A DNA stretch of 64,000 nt from Octopus vulgaris (GCA_951406725.2 OX597840.1:35340001-35404000), one strand, 5' to 3'; shown: positions 40,928 to 54,946, numbered from the stretch's first letter. The notes: generated from the letters alone by a model not told the origin. Numbers and translations: made by a program.

Positions 40928-41330
40928 ATCTTTTACTTGTTTCAGTCATTTGACTGCGGCCATGCTGGAGCACCACCTTTAATCGAGCAACCCGACCCCG
41001 GGACTTATTCTTTTTTGTAAGGCCAGTACTTATTCTATCGGTCTCTTTTGCCGAACCGCTACGTGACGGGGACATAAACACACCAGTATCGGTTGTCAAG
41101 CAATGCTAGGGGGACAAACACAGACACACAAACACACACACACACACATATATATATACATATATACGACGGGCTTCTTTCAGTTTCCGTCTACCAAATC
41201 CACTCACAAGGCTTTGGTCAGCCTGAGGCTATAGTAGAAGACACTTGCCCAAGGTGCCAGGCAGTGGGACTGAACCCGCGACCATGTGGTTTGTAAACAA
41301 GCTACTTATCACACAGCCACTCCTGCGCCT
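40928..41330 (-). mobile_element. SINE A, full length
   Basis: Family A head, core and tail. Confidence 0.9.
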
Positions 41331-41344
41331 ATATATATATATAT

Positions 41345-41545
41345 GAGAGTCAAAACTATTGAAAAGGTTGCAAGACGCAATGAAAATTTTAGAAAATAAA
41401 AATAAGAAATAAGTGGAAATTTTACTGTTGAGTGTGTTAAATAATAAGGCACAAAAAGAAAATGACTCTCCCCAGACACAACAGAATATGCTTCAACACA
41501 CGAACTCATATAAAGAATCTTGCAAACCAAATCCCAAAACGAAAT
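41345..41545. repeat. ~200-bp (TA)n-embedded dispersed repeat; second direct copy at 45335-45490
   Basis: GTGGAAATTTTAC...GACTCTCCCCAGACACAACAGAATATGCTTCAAC...CCAAATCCCAAAACGAAA near-identical in both. Confidence 0.85.
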
Positions 41546-41560
41546 ATATATATGTGTATG

Positions 41561-41611
<51 letters not shown>

Positions 41612-41670
41612 GTATATATATATATATGTGTGTGTGTGTATATATATATGTATATATATATATATTTATG

Positions 41671-41722
<52 letters not shown>

Positions 41723-41938
41723 CAGAGTCTGCCAAAAGAATGTATACATACTTGAGGAGAGAAAAAGAATACTGTATAAATACTTAACTTGTCTAAGTAG
41801 CTCTGTAGATATAAATCCTTGTTTTGATGTTTTATGGAATTACAATTCCCACCGAATGAATTGTGATAAGACTGAATCAAAAAATTCAGAGATTTTTTTC
41901 CTTTCTTCAAGTGTGGATATATTTTTTGGTAGATTCTG
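41723..41938. mobile_element. Tc1/mariner-type MITE (216 bp)
   Basis: ~45-bp imperfect TIRs CAGAGTCTGCCAAAAGAATGTATAC / CAGAATCTACCAAAAAATATATCC; TA on both sides. Confidence 0.8.
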
Positions 41939-42331
41939 TATATACTCACACACACACACACATACACACATACACATGCACACACACACACATGCATGCA
42001 TGCACACACATGCCCATGCACACACGCATACACCAACAAATAAACACACATGCATGCATGCACATGCATACACAAACATGCACACACACACACACACACA
42101 CATACATACACCCACACACACATGCATGAATGCACACACATGCACATGCAGATACAGACACATGCACATGCACACACATCCACATGCACACACACACATG
42201 CATACACACACATGCCCATGCACACACACACATACATCAACACACATGCATGCACACACATGCACACAAATGCCCATGCACACACACACACACATTACCC
42301 CCCCACACACACACACACACATGCATGCATG

Positions 42332-42375
<44 letters not shown>

Positions 42376-42376
<1 letters not shown>

Positions 42377-43620
42377 CAGGCTGAGTAGAAAGTAAGCAAC
42401 GTTTTGAAACATGAAATTCATCACAATATATTTCAAAATGCAGAAATTTTATTCCTCAAAGTAATTACCATTACAATCAACACATTTTTGCTAACGAGTT
42501 ACAAATTTGTTTATTCCAGAAACATAAAAATCTGGAGTTCTGGAACTGATGAACTCTTTCAACACACTTTCAGCATTGGTTTGATTTTGGAACACTTGCT
42601 CTATTAGGAAACCATCAAAGTGCTTGAAAAAGTGGTAGTCGGTAGGAGAAAGGTCTGGGGAATAAGCTGGGTGGGGAAGGACTTCGTAGCCAAGTTCCCT
42701 CAATTTCTGGAGTGTCATTAGGGAAACTTGTGGTCGAGCATTATCATGAAGAATGATTAGCCCTCTCCTCTTGACCAGTCTGGGATGGAAGAGTAGCAGT
42801 TTTTTACTCATTTTGACAATTTCATGGCAATATGATTCTGCAGTAATGGTTCTTCTGGGTTTTAAGAAGTTATAATGGATGAGTCCAGCAGTACACCACC
42901 AAACAGAGGAAGGTTTTTGGTGCTTCATTTTGGTCCAACCACTGTGAAGAATGTTTTTTGTTATTGTACAGAATCCACCTTTCATTTCAAGTTACAAAAC
43001 AGTCAAGAAATGGATCAGTCTGGTTAGGGAGAAGAAGTGACAAGTAAATTTCATTTCTGAGCATTTCCTGATTCTCATTCAAATCATGTGGTACCCATTT
43101 GTCGAGCTTTTTTGATTTTCCAATAGCAAGCACCATCCGACCATGGCCGTTGCCAGCCTCATATGGCACCTGTGCAGGTGGCACGTAAAAAGCACCCACT
43201 ACACTCTCGGAGTGGTTGGCGTTAGGAAGAGCATCCAGCTGTAGAAACATTGCCAGATCAGACTGGGCCTGGTGCAGCCTTCTGGCTTCGCAGACCCCAG
43301 TTGAACCGTCCAACCCATGCTAGCATGGAAAACGCTAAACGATGATGATGATGATGAAGCAAATGGTTGCAGACAGTTTTCTGTTCTTTTGCCAGTTCTT
43401 GGGTGTTTTTTTGTGGATCATTCCCAATGACGGTCTTTAACTGACCGGCATCGATAACAGATGGGCGTCCACTACACTCACGATCTCAAGGCTCAGGTCT
43501 CCACTGCAAAATCATTTAAACCATTTTTTTCAAGCTGACCACTCACTGGTCATTTCCTCACCAAATGCTACATTAATATCATGAGACATTTCAGCTGCTT
43601 TATGTCCTTTCTTGAAGCTG
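42376..43620 (-). mobile_element. Decayed mariner (Hsmar1/cecropia-like) transposase interrupted by SINE C
   Basis: KKLDKWVPHDL, ILHDNARPQV, HPAYSPDLSPTDYHFFKHFDGFL; N-terminal helix-turn-helix region at 43357-43620. Confidence 0.92.
43125..43356 (+). mobile_element. SINE C nested in mariner
   Basis: Family C core and (GAT)n tail splitting NHL|LAIGKSKK. Confidence 0.9.
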
Positions 43621-43700
43621 AATACCAATTCATATTTGTGTATTTTATGTATGTATTCTCATGCATATAGTTATATATATGTAGACATGCTCATATATAT

Positions 43701-44088
43701 TTAAATGATAAACTTCTGGAAAGTTTTACAGATTTTTACAGTTCCAGTGATGGATTGGATCTGTAGTCTTTGAATTAGCTTTCTCCTTTCTGGTTTGGAG
43801 AAGCTTAACTTCTCAAGATTGTTATTTAGACAGTGTGATACATATCCCAGGACCCCAATAATTACAGGTATAACAGGTATAAACCTGAACTTGTAATCTG
43901 GATAGAGTAACTGCAGATATCTAAATAGTTCAGCATAGGTGTTCTCTTTTCCACTGATCTTCAGCTTTATGTTAACATCCACTGGGCAGCTAATTTCCAC
44001 AACTGTGCACAGTTTCTCTTCTCAATCCCAAATCATAATATCAGGCCTGTTGTGCTTTACATTTTATTGAGGTCTTCACTGGGACATT
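43701..44088 (-). mobile_element. RLE-type non-LTR retroposon 3' end, divergent lineage not in (TAA)n
   Basis: KCKHNRPDIMIWD*EEKLCTVVEISCPVDVN..K..Y..FIPVI..IIGVLG..IQSITGTVKICKTF: PD-(D/E)-K nuclease motif. Confidence 0.85.
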
Positions 44089-44318
44089 AACAACAGGGTA
44101 AATTTTTGTTTGTGTGTATGCATGTATGTATGTGATGTGTATGTGATATTGATTAACCAGCCCATTAGCAGCAGGTGCTTGCATTCTAGTTTTAATACAG
44201 ATTTAAATTTGTGTGGTCTCTCTATGTATTTATAGACACGTGTACATATTTGTGTTTCTGTTTAGATTACGTCATTGTAATAGTATTAGCTGCATCACGC
44301 AAGGGTGCACATAAATAT

Positions 44319-44415
<97 letters not shown>

Positions 44416-44762
44416 TGTATAGACACAGACACACAGACACACACATGTCTGTATGTGTGATATATATATATATATACAAACACACATACATATTAAATAT
44501 TAAATATGTACTGATGTACTTTTATGAAACATGTGTAGTCTTATAAACGGAAAATATGGGATTTAGAATAGATAGAGTTAGTATAAGATTTAATATTTAA
44601 CATTTTATGGAGTGGTCGGGTATAAAACCTTTCTGTGTTGATTGAATTGAAGATGGTTCTGTCTCTAAAATTACTTTTATACGAATTAAATATTGAGAGA
44701 TATTCATTTTAGTACATCTAATTTGAATGTCTTTTTCCTGTGCACTCAGAAGTAAAATTCTC

Positions 44763-44798
<36 letters not shown>

Positions 44799-44817
44799 TA
44801 ATAATAATAATAATAAT

Positions 44818-44855
<38 letters not shown>

Positions 44856-45032
44856 TTGTTCATAATTTTTGTTGGTTTTGTATTAAAAAATCTTAAAAAT
44901 GCTCAGTACTCAGACCATTCAATGTGTGAGATGTGTTGACTGTGATACGAGTCTAAATGTGTGAGTGAAGGTGTGTGCATGTGTGTGTGTGTATATGTGT
45001 GTGTGTATCTGTATCTATCTATCAATACACAC

Positions 45033-45089
<57 letters not shown>

Positions 45090-46354
45090 TAGATAGATAG
45101 ATAGATAGATGTAGTGTGTGTATAGATAGATAGATAGATAGATACACAGACACGATATATATGATAGATAGATATATAGATAGATAGATAAATAATTACA
45201 CATGTGTGTGTATATTTATATATATATAAAACAGAGAGAGAGATTGATAGATAGATATATAATAAAACATATGTGTGTATATATATATATATATGTATAT
45301 GTATAATTATATATATATATACTTTTATAAAAATAAATATAAAAATAAGGAAATGAGTGGAAATTTTACCAGTGAGTGTGTTAAATAATAAGGCACCAAA
45401 AGAAAATGACTCTCCCCAGACACAACAGAATATGCTTCAACACACAAACTCATATAAAGAATCTTGCAAGCCAAATCCCAAAACGAAATATAAACACACA
45501 TGTATACATTTATATATGTATATATGCATATATATATATCTATATATGAATATATCATTATATATGTAGGTGCGTGTGTATATATATATATATATATATA
45601 CATATATACACACACACACACAAATACATGCAAAACTAGATCTGCATAATCACATACCTTGTGTGATTAAAATCCATTTACAACTAACGGGAGTGTATAA
45701 TTAATCTAATTAATATTGTGAAGAATTAATTGAATACCTCGTCAAAGCTAAAATATTGTAGGTTTGTTACACACTTTCATTATTGATTATGTAATGAACG
45801 AAGAATTAAACGAGTTTATTTTAATTAATTTATTGGTACATTTTGTTGTGTCAGTAGGAAATAATAACATTTGTACCTGTTGATCTTTTGTTTTGTTTTT
45901 TTTGTTTTTTTTTGCTGAACTGTGGCCATGCTGGGGCACCGCCTTGAAGGGTTTACTGGGGTCAAGAAAATTGCCCCCAGTTTTTTTTTTGTGTCTGGTG
46001 TTTTTTTTTTTTTGCTGTTCACTGCTGGGTTAGGGGAACAGAAACAAAGTTTGTGTGTGTGTGTGTGGTAGGGTTATATAGATATAGATACAAGGGGACA
46101 CACGGACACACACACACACACACACACACATGTATATATGTATATATTCTTTCGTTCCTTTACTCGTTTCAGTCATTTGACTGTGGCCCTGCTGGAGCGT
46201 TGCCGTGAAGGGACTTATTTTTAAAGCCTAGTACTTATTCTACTGATCTCTTTTGCTGAACTGTTAAGTTACACCTGTTGTCAAGCCATGATGGGTGGGG
46301 TGGGAGACAAACAGACTTCTGTATATATAAGACACACACACACACACACACACA

Positions 46355-46388
<34 letters not shown>

Positions 46389-46419
46389 GATAGATAGATA
46401 GATAGATAGATATATATAT

Positions 46420-46812
46420 AGGCGGAGGAGTGGCTGTGTGGTAAGTAGCTTGCTTACCAACCACATGGCTCCAGATTCAGTCCCACTGCGTGGCACCTTA
46501 GGCAAGTGTCTTCTACTATAGCCTCGGGCTGACCAAAGCCTTGTGAATGGATTTGGTAGACGGAAACTGAAAGAAGCCCGTCGAATATATGTATATATAT
46601 AAATGTGTGTGTCTGTGTTTGTCCACCCAACATCGCTTGACAACCGATGTTGGTGTGTTTACGTCTCCGTAACTTAGCGGTTCGACAAAAGATACCGATA
46701 GAATAAGTATTGGGCTTACAAAGAATAAGTCCTGGGGTCGATTTGTTCGACTAAAGGCGATGCTCCAGCATGGCCACAGTCAAATGACTGAAACAGGTAA
46801 AAGAGTAAAGAG
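46420..46812 (+). mobile_element. SINE A, full length
   Basis: Family A head, core and tail. Confidence 0.9.
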
Positions 46813-46815
46813 AGA

Positions 46816-46855
<40 letters not shown>

Positions 46856-46879
46856 ATAATATATATATATATATATATA

Positions 46880-47074
46880 TTTGCCAGCTCTGTCTGGCAC
46901 CTGTGCAGGTGGCACGTAAAAAGCACCCACTACACTCTCGGAGTGGTTGGTGTTAGGAAGGGCATCCAGCCGTAGAAACACTGCCAAATCTGACTGGGCC
47001 TGATGAAGCCTTCACAGCTTCACAGACTCCAGTTAAACCGTCCAACCCATGCTAGCATGGAAAACGGACGCTAA

Positions 47075-47109
<35 letters not shown>

Positions 47110-47110
47110 A
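46880..47110 (+). mobile_element. SINE C
   Basis: Family C core and (GAT)n tail. Confidence 0.88.
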
Positions 47111-47506
47111 TGAGCAAAACGCCCCCTGTCCAATGGACGGTGCTGAGTTGTCAAACATTTAAACCAAATTTTCTGAAAACTACTTGTCTGACCGTCCCAT
47201 TTTGTGGCATTATTTCAAGCCAGCCGGCTTTTTTTGAGCAAACTGCACCACGTGCATAGTATCGATAGGTCCTGGGCTATATAAGAAGACACCTGTTCAA
47301 TGTGCCACACGGTGGGGTTGAACCCGAGACCTCGTGATTGCAAAAGCGAGCTTCTTAACGACACGGCTGTAATTAAGATATTTGCTAGTTGTCACCGGTT
47401 GACCTGTTAACATTCAAATTATATGCTTAATTAATCTACGACAATTATTTCTGTTAACAAGAAAATTTACTTATCTAATTATTTCTTAAATTTGCAGTAG
47501 ATAATA

Positions 47507-47567
<61 letters not shown>

Positions 47568-47654
47568 TGATGTGCTGTTGTTGTTGTTGTTGTTGGTTTA
47601 TCTTCTTGTTTGAGTAGACATGTCTTAATCTATTTCCTGTGCAAGAATTAAGGT

Positions 47655-47778
47655 TGTCATCATCATCATCACCATCATCATTGTCATGACAACCAGCAAT
47701 ACTGCCGGCAGCAACGCCACCACCACCATCGTCACCATTAACATCATCATCGTCATCATCAGTGTCATCATCTTAATC

Positions 47779-47809
<31 letters not shown>

Positions 47810-48288
47810 CCATTGCAGTTGTCATTGTTGATGATGATGATGATGATGGTGATGACGGTAATGACATTGAATATGATGATGGTGGTGATGATGACGACGA
47901 CAATGATGACGACAATGATGAGGACGACGATGATGATGATGATGTCAATGACAAGGATGGGGTTGATGATGAAGAAAAAGAGGAAATGAAAAGAGGAGGA
48001 GGAGAAGGTGATGAAAACATAGAAGGAGGAGGATGGAGGGGAGGAGGAGGAGAAGAAGGAGGAAGAGGAGGAAGAAGAAGAAGAAGAAGAAGAAGAAGAA
48101 GAAGAAGGAGGAGGAGGAGAAGAAGGAGAAGGAGAATAAGAAGAAAGAGAAGAAGGAGAAGAAGAAGAAGGAGGAGGAGGAGGTGGAGAAAGAGAATAAG
48201 AAGAAAGAGAAGAAGAAGGAGGAGAAGAAGAAGAAGAAGAAGAAGAAGAAGAAGAAGAAGAAGAAGAAGAAGAAGAAGAAGAAGAAGA
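47655..48288. repeat. Compound trinucleotide tracts (CAT)n/(GAT)n/(GAA)n
   Basis: Direct reading. Confidence 0.92.
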
Positions 48289-48422
48289 ATTACTGCAAGG
48301 ATTCTTCGCAAGATTCTTGAGGCATGACCAGTAAAACGAGTGTCACCTTAGTCTGCTGGCTGTGATGGACAGCTGACACTTTCCATCATAACCCAGCAAA
48401 ATAAGCTGAGAGTTTTCATCAA
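48289..48422 (+). mobile_element. Very short R4/Dong-like 3' end, fifth family
   Basis: TARILRKILEA* matches the TAHILRK-LS end of the other copies; hairpin at 48339-48380; (TAA/TGA)n follows. Confidence 0.7.
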
Positions 48423-49008
48423 ATAATAATGATAATAATGATGATGATGATGATGATGAAGGTGGAAAAGTAAGGATAATGAAAAACACACAAAAACACA
48501 CAAAATGGCACTAATTCTCTGCCAGATTTTAAGATAATCTTTTTCCAAATTCTTTTGTTTTTTTATTCCCCAAAAATGAAGAATTCTTCATCCAAAAATG
48601 TTTATCAGACAATTAAAGGATAAGATAAAACAACACTAATATCATTTACTTCATTGAAATGGTTAGAATAATTGAATGCATCGTGATTCCATTTTGATGT
48701 CTGTTTTTGGAAAACATGAAATAATGATTGCCAACATTTTTAACTCATTACATAAATGGAACTTTCCAGAAATGGAACTTTCCAGAAATATATTTCAAGT
48801 CTTATCAAATCGAATATCAAATAAATAAAGTTTTAATTTTATAATTTTGTTTTGTTTTCTTTTTTTCTTGGTGCAGAGCTTGAAGCAGATAAAGCTATAA
48901 ATAATAGCATGTAATTATTGTAATAAGAAAAATTGCCTTTGGATATGAAATGTCGAAGGCTGCAGCCTTTTTCTTTCAAAAGGATTTAAAAAATCTGATA
49001 CTATGTAG

Positions 49009-49737
49009 ATGCAGGCGTGGCTGTGTGGTAAGAAGTTTGCTTTCCAACCACATGGTTCATGGTTCAATCCCACTGTGTGGCGCTTTTTGGACAAATGTCT
49101 TTTACAAGAGCCTCAGATTGACCAAAGCCTTGTGAGTGGAATTGGTTGATGGAGACTATGTGTTTAAATATATATATGTAAAAAGCATGTAAAAAAACCA
49201 CCATCCGGTTGTGGATAATGCCAGCCCCCTCTGGCCCCTGTGCTAGTGGCAGATAAAAAGGACCCACTACACTCTCGAAGTGGTTGGCATTTGGAAAGGC
49301 AACCAGCTGTAGAAACATAACCAGATCAGACTGGAGTCTGGTGCAGCCTCCTGGCTTTCCAGACCCCAGTTGAACTGTCCAACCCATGCCAGCATGGAAA
49401 ATGGACGTTAAACGACGATGATGATGATGATGATGATGATATATATATATGATGGACTTCTTTCAGTTTCCATCTATCAAATCCATTCACAAGGCTATAC
49501 TAGAAGACACTTGCCCCAAAGTGCCATGCATGCAGTGGGACTGAACTCAGAACCATAATACTGGAAAGCAAGCTTCTTATTTCTTTACTGTCCACAAGGG
49601 GCTACACATAGAGGGGGCAAACAAGGACAGACAAAGAGATTAAGTTGATTATATCGACCCCAGTGCGTAACTGGTACTTATTTAATCGACCCCAAAAGAA
49701 TGAAAGGCAAAGTCGACCTCAATGGAATTTGAACTCT
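49009..49737. mobile_element. SINE pile-up: A head (+), C (+), A head (-), B module (-)
   Basis: Family motifs in sequence. Confidence 0.8.
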
Positions 49738-50244
49738 AACTTTTGTTAGATGCTGTCAGACTCTCTCTCTCCCTCACACACACACATACATCAACACACA
49801 ACTTCTCTCTCACCCTCACACACAACTTCTCTCTCCCTCACACACACACACTTTCACTTCACTGTGGAAAGAAGGGACTTAACTCATGTTTGCAAACTTC
49901 AAAATTGGTAAAAGTTATGGTTGAAAATCGATTTTTACTGCTACCCTTGGGTGCCGTGGGAAAAATAAGTTGACAAAAACCCAGCTAGGGTTGTGACGAA
50001 TGTCCTCTTAAAATTGAAGTGACATGAGTGCTAATTTGTGGACGTGCATAAATTACATTCATGTACACACACACACACATCCTGCCTTTTATAATTCTTT
50101 TTATGTTTAAAAATTTGCTAACATTCAGCACCCTTTTTCTTAGACAGTTATTTAAAATTAGAATTAAACCTATAAAGTTAAAAAAATGTATTGTTTTTAA
50201 TTTTGTATGTTATTGAATGCTTGTAGTGGCCTCTGTCTTAAAAT

Positions 50245-50640
50245 GGATTTTTTTATGGAAGCACTCCGTCGGTTACGACGACGAGGGTTCCGGTTGATCC
50301 AAATCAACGGAACAGCCTGCTCGTGAAATTAACGTGTGAGTGGCTGAGCACTCCACAGACACGTGTACCCTTAACGTAGTTCTCGGGGATATTCAGCGTG
50401 ACACAGAGAGTGACAAGGCCGGCCCCTTGAAATACAGGTACAACAGAAACAGGAAGTAAGAGTGAGAGAAAGTTGTGGTGAAAGAGTACAGCAGGGATCA
50501 CCACCATCCCCTGCCGGAGCCTCGTGGAGCTTTAGGTGTTTTCGCTCAATAAAACACTCACAACGTCCAGTTTGGGAATCGAAACCGTGATCCTACGACC
50601 GCGAGTCCACTGCCCTAACCACTGGGCCATTGCGCCTCCA
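50245..50640 (-). mobile_element. SINE D, tail type 2, full length with 12-bp TSD
   Basis: TSD CTGTCTTAAAAT at 50233-50244 and 50641-50652; tRNA-like head; CpGs retained. Confidence 0.92.
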
Positions 50641-50857
50641 CTGTCTTAAAATAGCCTTGTTTTGAACCTTTGCATAGAACAATTTCAATTCAGAGCAGTT
50701 GTGTACTGTCAACTTAACCTGACAGTCCCATAAAGGGAATCACACCACTGCTATTTAGCCCTAGGAAGCATCAATGCTTCCTGTCGACCTTGACACATTA
50801 CCTGTGTCCTTATGTTTACAAAGGGGAGACAAGCACCTCCAACCAGCAAAGCCTGCA

Positions 50858-50900
50858 TCCAGAGACTAGTTTCTGAGTCATTGCTCATCATCAGTCTGGA
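50858..50900 (-). ncRNA. Intact minimal type I hammerhead ribozyme
   Basis: TCCAGA-CTGATGA-TGAG-CAATGA-CTCA-GAAA-CTAG-TC-TCTGGA: canonical core, 6-bp stem I, 4-bp stem II, palindromic ACTAGT stem III, GUC triplet. Confidence 0.88.
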
Positions 50901-50942
50901 GTATCAAGGCCTGTAGCTGAAGATACCTGTCTAGACTTTGTA

Positions 50943-51288
50943 GCGTGGCATTTTGGGCAAGTGTCTTCTGCTATAGCCCCGGGCCAACCAATGCCTTGTG
51001 AGTGGATTTGGTAGACAGAAACTGAAAGAAGCCTGTCGTATATATATATATATATATATACATATATATATAAGTTTGTGTGTCTGTGTTTGTCCCCCTA
51101 GCATTGCTTGACAACCGATGCTGGTGTGTCTACGTCCCCGTCAGTTAGCGGTTCGGCAAAAGTGGACCAATAGAATAAGTACTGGGCTTACAAAAGAATA
51201 AGTCCCGGAGTCGATTTGCTTGACTAAAGGCGGTGCTCCAGCATGGCCGCAGTCAAATGACTGAAACAAGCAAAAGAGTAAAAGAATA
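50943..51288 (+). mobile_element. 5'-truncated SINE A nested in the hammerhead element
   Basis: Family A core and tail. Confidence 0.88.
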
Positions 51289-51900
51289 TATAATCCCAGT
51301 GAAGTAAATTCACTGATCACAAAAAATAGAAATATTAAATTTCTAAATATCTCAGAGAGAGAGAGAGAGAGAGTGTTGATGCTTCCTAGGGCTAAATAGC
51401 GCTGGTGTGATTCCCTTTATTAGACTGTCATGTTAAGTTGACAGTATACAACTGCTCTATCGTTCCACCACTGCTTATATCTCTCTGAGATATTTAGAAA
51501 TTTTATATTTCTAATTTCAATTCAGTAATCTTAAAAATGTTTAAAAACACTTTTGTTCCGCATCTCTTTTGCGTTTACAAGGATTTAGGGAGCGGAAATA
51601 CTGAAGTGTGAATCTAATGCCATTTAGTGATTATAGTTATAAAAACCCATAACTCCGAAACTATTTCAACTAGAAAGCTAAAATTTCAGATATACTATTT
51701 CTGCATTGCATTAAGTCAGCACACCAAGTTTGGTAAAAACTTGAGCAGGCGTTAGGAACCTCAACAAGAATTTTGAATGATTTGGGCCAAAAGTGTTAAT
51801 CACTTTCTTAAGTTGGGGTGAAGTCTTTTACAAATAAAGCAAAATAAATGTTAGTTTCCTGACTTTTCTGAAATTATTCATCGAATTACAGAATAGGGTT

Positions 51901-52300
51901 ATCATCATCATCTTCATCATCATCATCATCGTTTAACGTCTGTTTTCCATGCTAGCATGGGTTGCACGGTTCAACTGGGGTCTGGGAAGCCAGGAGGCTG
52001 CACTAGGCTCCAGTCTCATCTGGCAGTGTTTTCTACAGTTGGATGCCCTCCCTAACACCAACCACTCCGTGAGTGTAGTGGGTGCTTTTTACGTGCCACA
52101 GGGCACAGGTGCCAGAGGAGGCTGGCAAACGGCCACAATCGGATGGTACTTTTTACGTGTACTGGCATGGAGGCCAGACGAGGCTGGCAACGGCCACGAT
52201 TGGATGGTGCTTTTCACGTACCACCAGCATGGAGGCCATTCGGGGTGGCGCTGGCAATGGCCACGTTCAGATAGTATCACAGCTACAATTTCCATTTGAT
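51901..52300 (-). mobile_element. SINE C, long copy
   Basis: Family C core with internal subrepeats. Confidence 0.88.
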
Positions 52301-52621
52301 ATTTATTTGTATATATATATTTGTATATATATATATATATATATGTAAGTATGTATGTATGGATGGATGTATGTATATACACACACATCTATATGCACAC
52401 ACACAGAGATTGATTGGTGTGTGTGTGTGTGTGTGTGTGTGTGTAGTCTTTAGAACTGTCAAGTTACAGAAGAGCTGAATCAGTGGATTAACTGGTTAAT
52501 TCCTGGATAGAATTTCTTTGATCTAATATTATATATTATCCAGTATACATACATACATACATATACATGCTTACACACGCACACACACACACACACATAC
52601 ACATATATGTATATGTGTACA

Positions 52622-52652
<31 letters not shown>

Positions 52653-52654
<2 letters not shown>

Positions 52655-52812
52655 CATCATCATCATCATCATCATTTAGCATCTGCTTTCCATGCTAGCA
52701 TGGGTTGGACGGTTCAACTGGGGTCTGTGAAGCTGGAAGGCTTCGTCAGGCCCAGTCAGATCTGGCAGTGTTTCTACGACTGGATGCCCTTCCTAACGCC
52801 AACCACTCCGTG
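52653..52812 (-). mobile_element. SINE C 3' fragment
   Basis: Family C core. Confidence 0.85.
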
Positions 52813-52862
<50 letters not shown>

Positions 52863-52921
52863 CATATATATATATAAATGTGTATGTATATATACTTAAA
52901 TATACGTATGCATATATTTCA

Positions 52922-53023
<102 letters not shown>

Positions 53024-53165
53024 TGAGTGAGGGTAAAAAAGTTATTTATATATATGCACATATATATATAAAGTTAATCCAAACACAAAGAGAGAACATA
53101 ACAACACGAGGATGTGGAACAAATATAGTATTATTGGACGCTCAGGAAGGAAGGGAAGAAGGAGG

Positions 53166-53200
53166 GTTTAACGTTTCGAGCGGAGCTCTTCGTCGGAAAC
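53166..53200 (-). ncRNA. Variant minimal hammerhead-like motif in a short (TA)n-embedded element (~53070-53290)
   Basis: GTTT-CCGACGA-A-GAGC-TCC-GCTC-GAAA-CGTT-AAAC; palindromic ACGT stem III, U4C core change. Confidence 0.62.
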
Positions 53201-53632
53201 ATAGGAAAAGGAAAGATCCAGAGAAGGGAAGACGGAGGAAAAAAAATCGCCAACGGTACACACGCGGTCACATTTTGAATTACATTTTGAATATATGTGT
53301 GGGTGTGTGTGTATAAATATATATTTATATATTAAATACCAAAGAAAAGATGTACTACTGCTGTAGGAAAATATGAGTAACAGACTTTTTCTGATTGGGT
53401 GTTCAATCCTTTAAGAATCATATATATGTGTGGGTGTGTTTGCGTGCGTGCACACAAACATGCCGTGCACACGAACACACATATTGATAATAATAATCTT
53501 ATTGACTTCAAAGTTCCGCCCCTAGCGACATTATAAGACCGTTGCAGGATATCTAATAATAAAAACATCCTTTATCTACATACATACATATACATGTGTA
53601 TGTATATACATATATGTATATATATGTATATA

Positions 53633-53757
<125 letters not shown>

Positions 53758-53959
53758 GTATATGTATATATATATGTATATATATAGGTTAGCTGAGCTG
53801 GAGGTTAAAATAACCGGCTAAGGGATAGACATATCCATTGGACTACCGGTATATCGTGTATGTTTAACCATGGGCATACATATGTATGCAAACATACTTT
53901 CATGTATCTCTATATGTTTGTAATATATATATATGTATATATATATATAAAGCATGATA

Positions 53960-53991
<32 letters not shown>

Positions 53992-54078
53992 CATACCTGC
54001 ACATACACACACACAAACATACACATATACATATTATATATATATATATATTTATATAAATACCTATATATTTATAAA

Positions 54079-54142
<64 letters not shown>

Positions 54143-54227
54143 TGATAGATATAGATATATTTATGTAAATACCTATGTTTTATATACGTGTATATATATA
54201 TATAAGTTATACATACATATATACATG

Positions 54228-54274
<47 letters not shown>

Positions 54275-54822
54275 GTATGTATGTATATATAAATGTACAT
54301 ATATATATGTATATACACCCACATGCATATAAACATATGTCCACTCATACACAATTACAGGTATATAAACACATACACACACCGTCTCTACTCACCTCTT
54401 TGTTTTTTGCTTTTTTTTTCTATTATTGTTCCGTTTTTTTGTTTTTTTTTCATTTAACTCCACATGGAATCATCTTGTTCTTCTTCTTATTGTTCTTGTT
54501 ATGGACACTGCTGTCATCATACAAATAATACTACGGCCACCACCACCACCACCACCACTGCCACCGGGAACAACCACAACAACCAACAACATGCTAACAC
54601 TTATACTATTACCATCACCACCCCTCCATTGCTGCCCTTCCACCCTCCTAATTCTATTACCTACAAAGACCCCCCCAACCACCACCACCACCACACATAT
54701 GAAAGTATGTGTGTGTGTATATATATGTATGTATTTATATATATACCCTTCAAAATCTATAGCTATATTTGTCTACACTTATATGTATATATGCATATGT
54801 ATATATATATATATATATATAT

Positions 54823-54861
<39 letters not shown>

Positions 54862-54895
54862 GTACTTGTGTGTGTGTGTGTAAATGGATGTATAT

Positions 54896-54946
<51 letters not shown>

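Larger units (their letters stand above)
50694..51512. mobile_element. Non-coding hammerhead-bearing retroelement insertion (retrozyme / Penelope pLTR-like) with inverted segment and 13-bp TSD
   Basis: TSD AATTTCAATTCAG at 50681-50693 and 51513-51525; inverted pairs 50692-50774/51376-51458 and 51327-51360/51480-51513. Confidence 0.8.

Noticed and set aside
46989-47012. CTGATGA hammerhead box
   Set aside because: Part of the SINE C body; no properly placed GAAA or stems
47686-48288. Acidic/basic low-complexity protein
   Set aside because: Compound trinucleotide repeats; only the last 11 codons are meaningful and belong to a retroposon end
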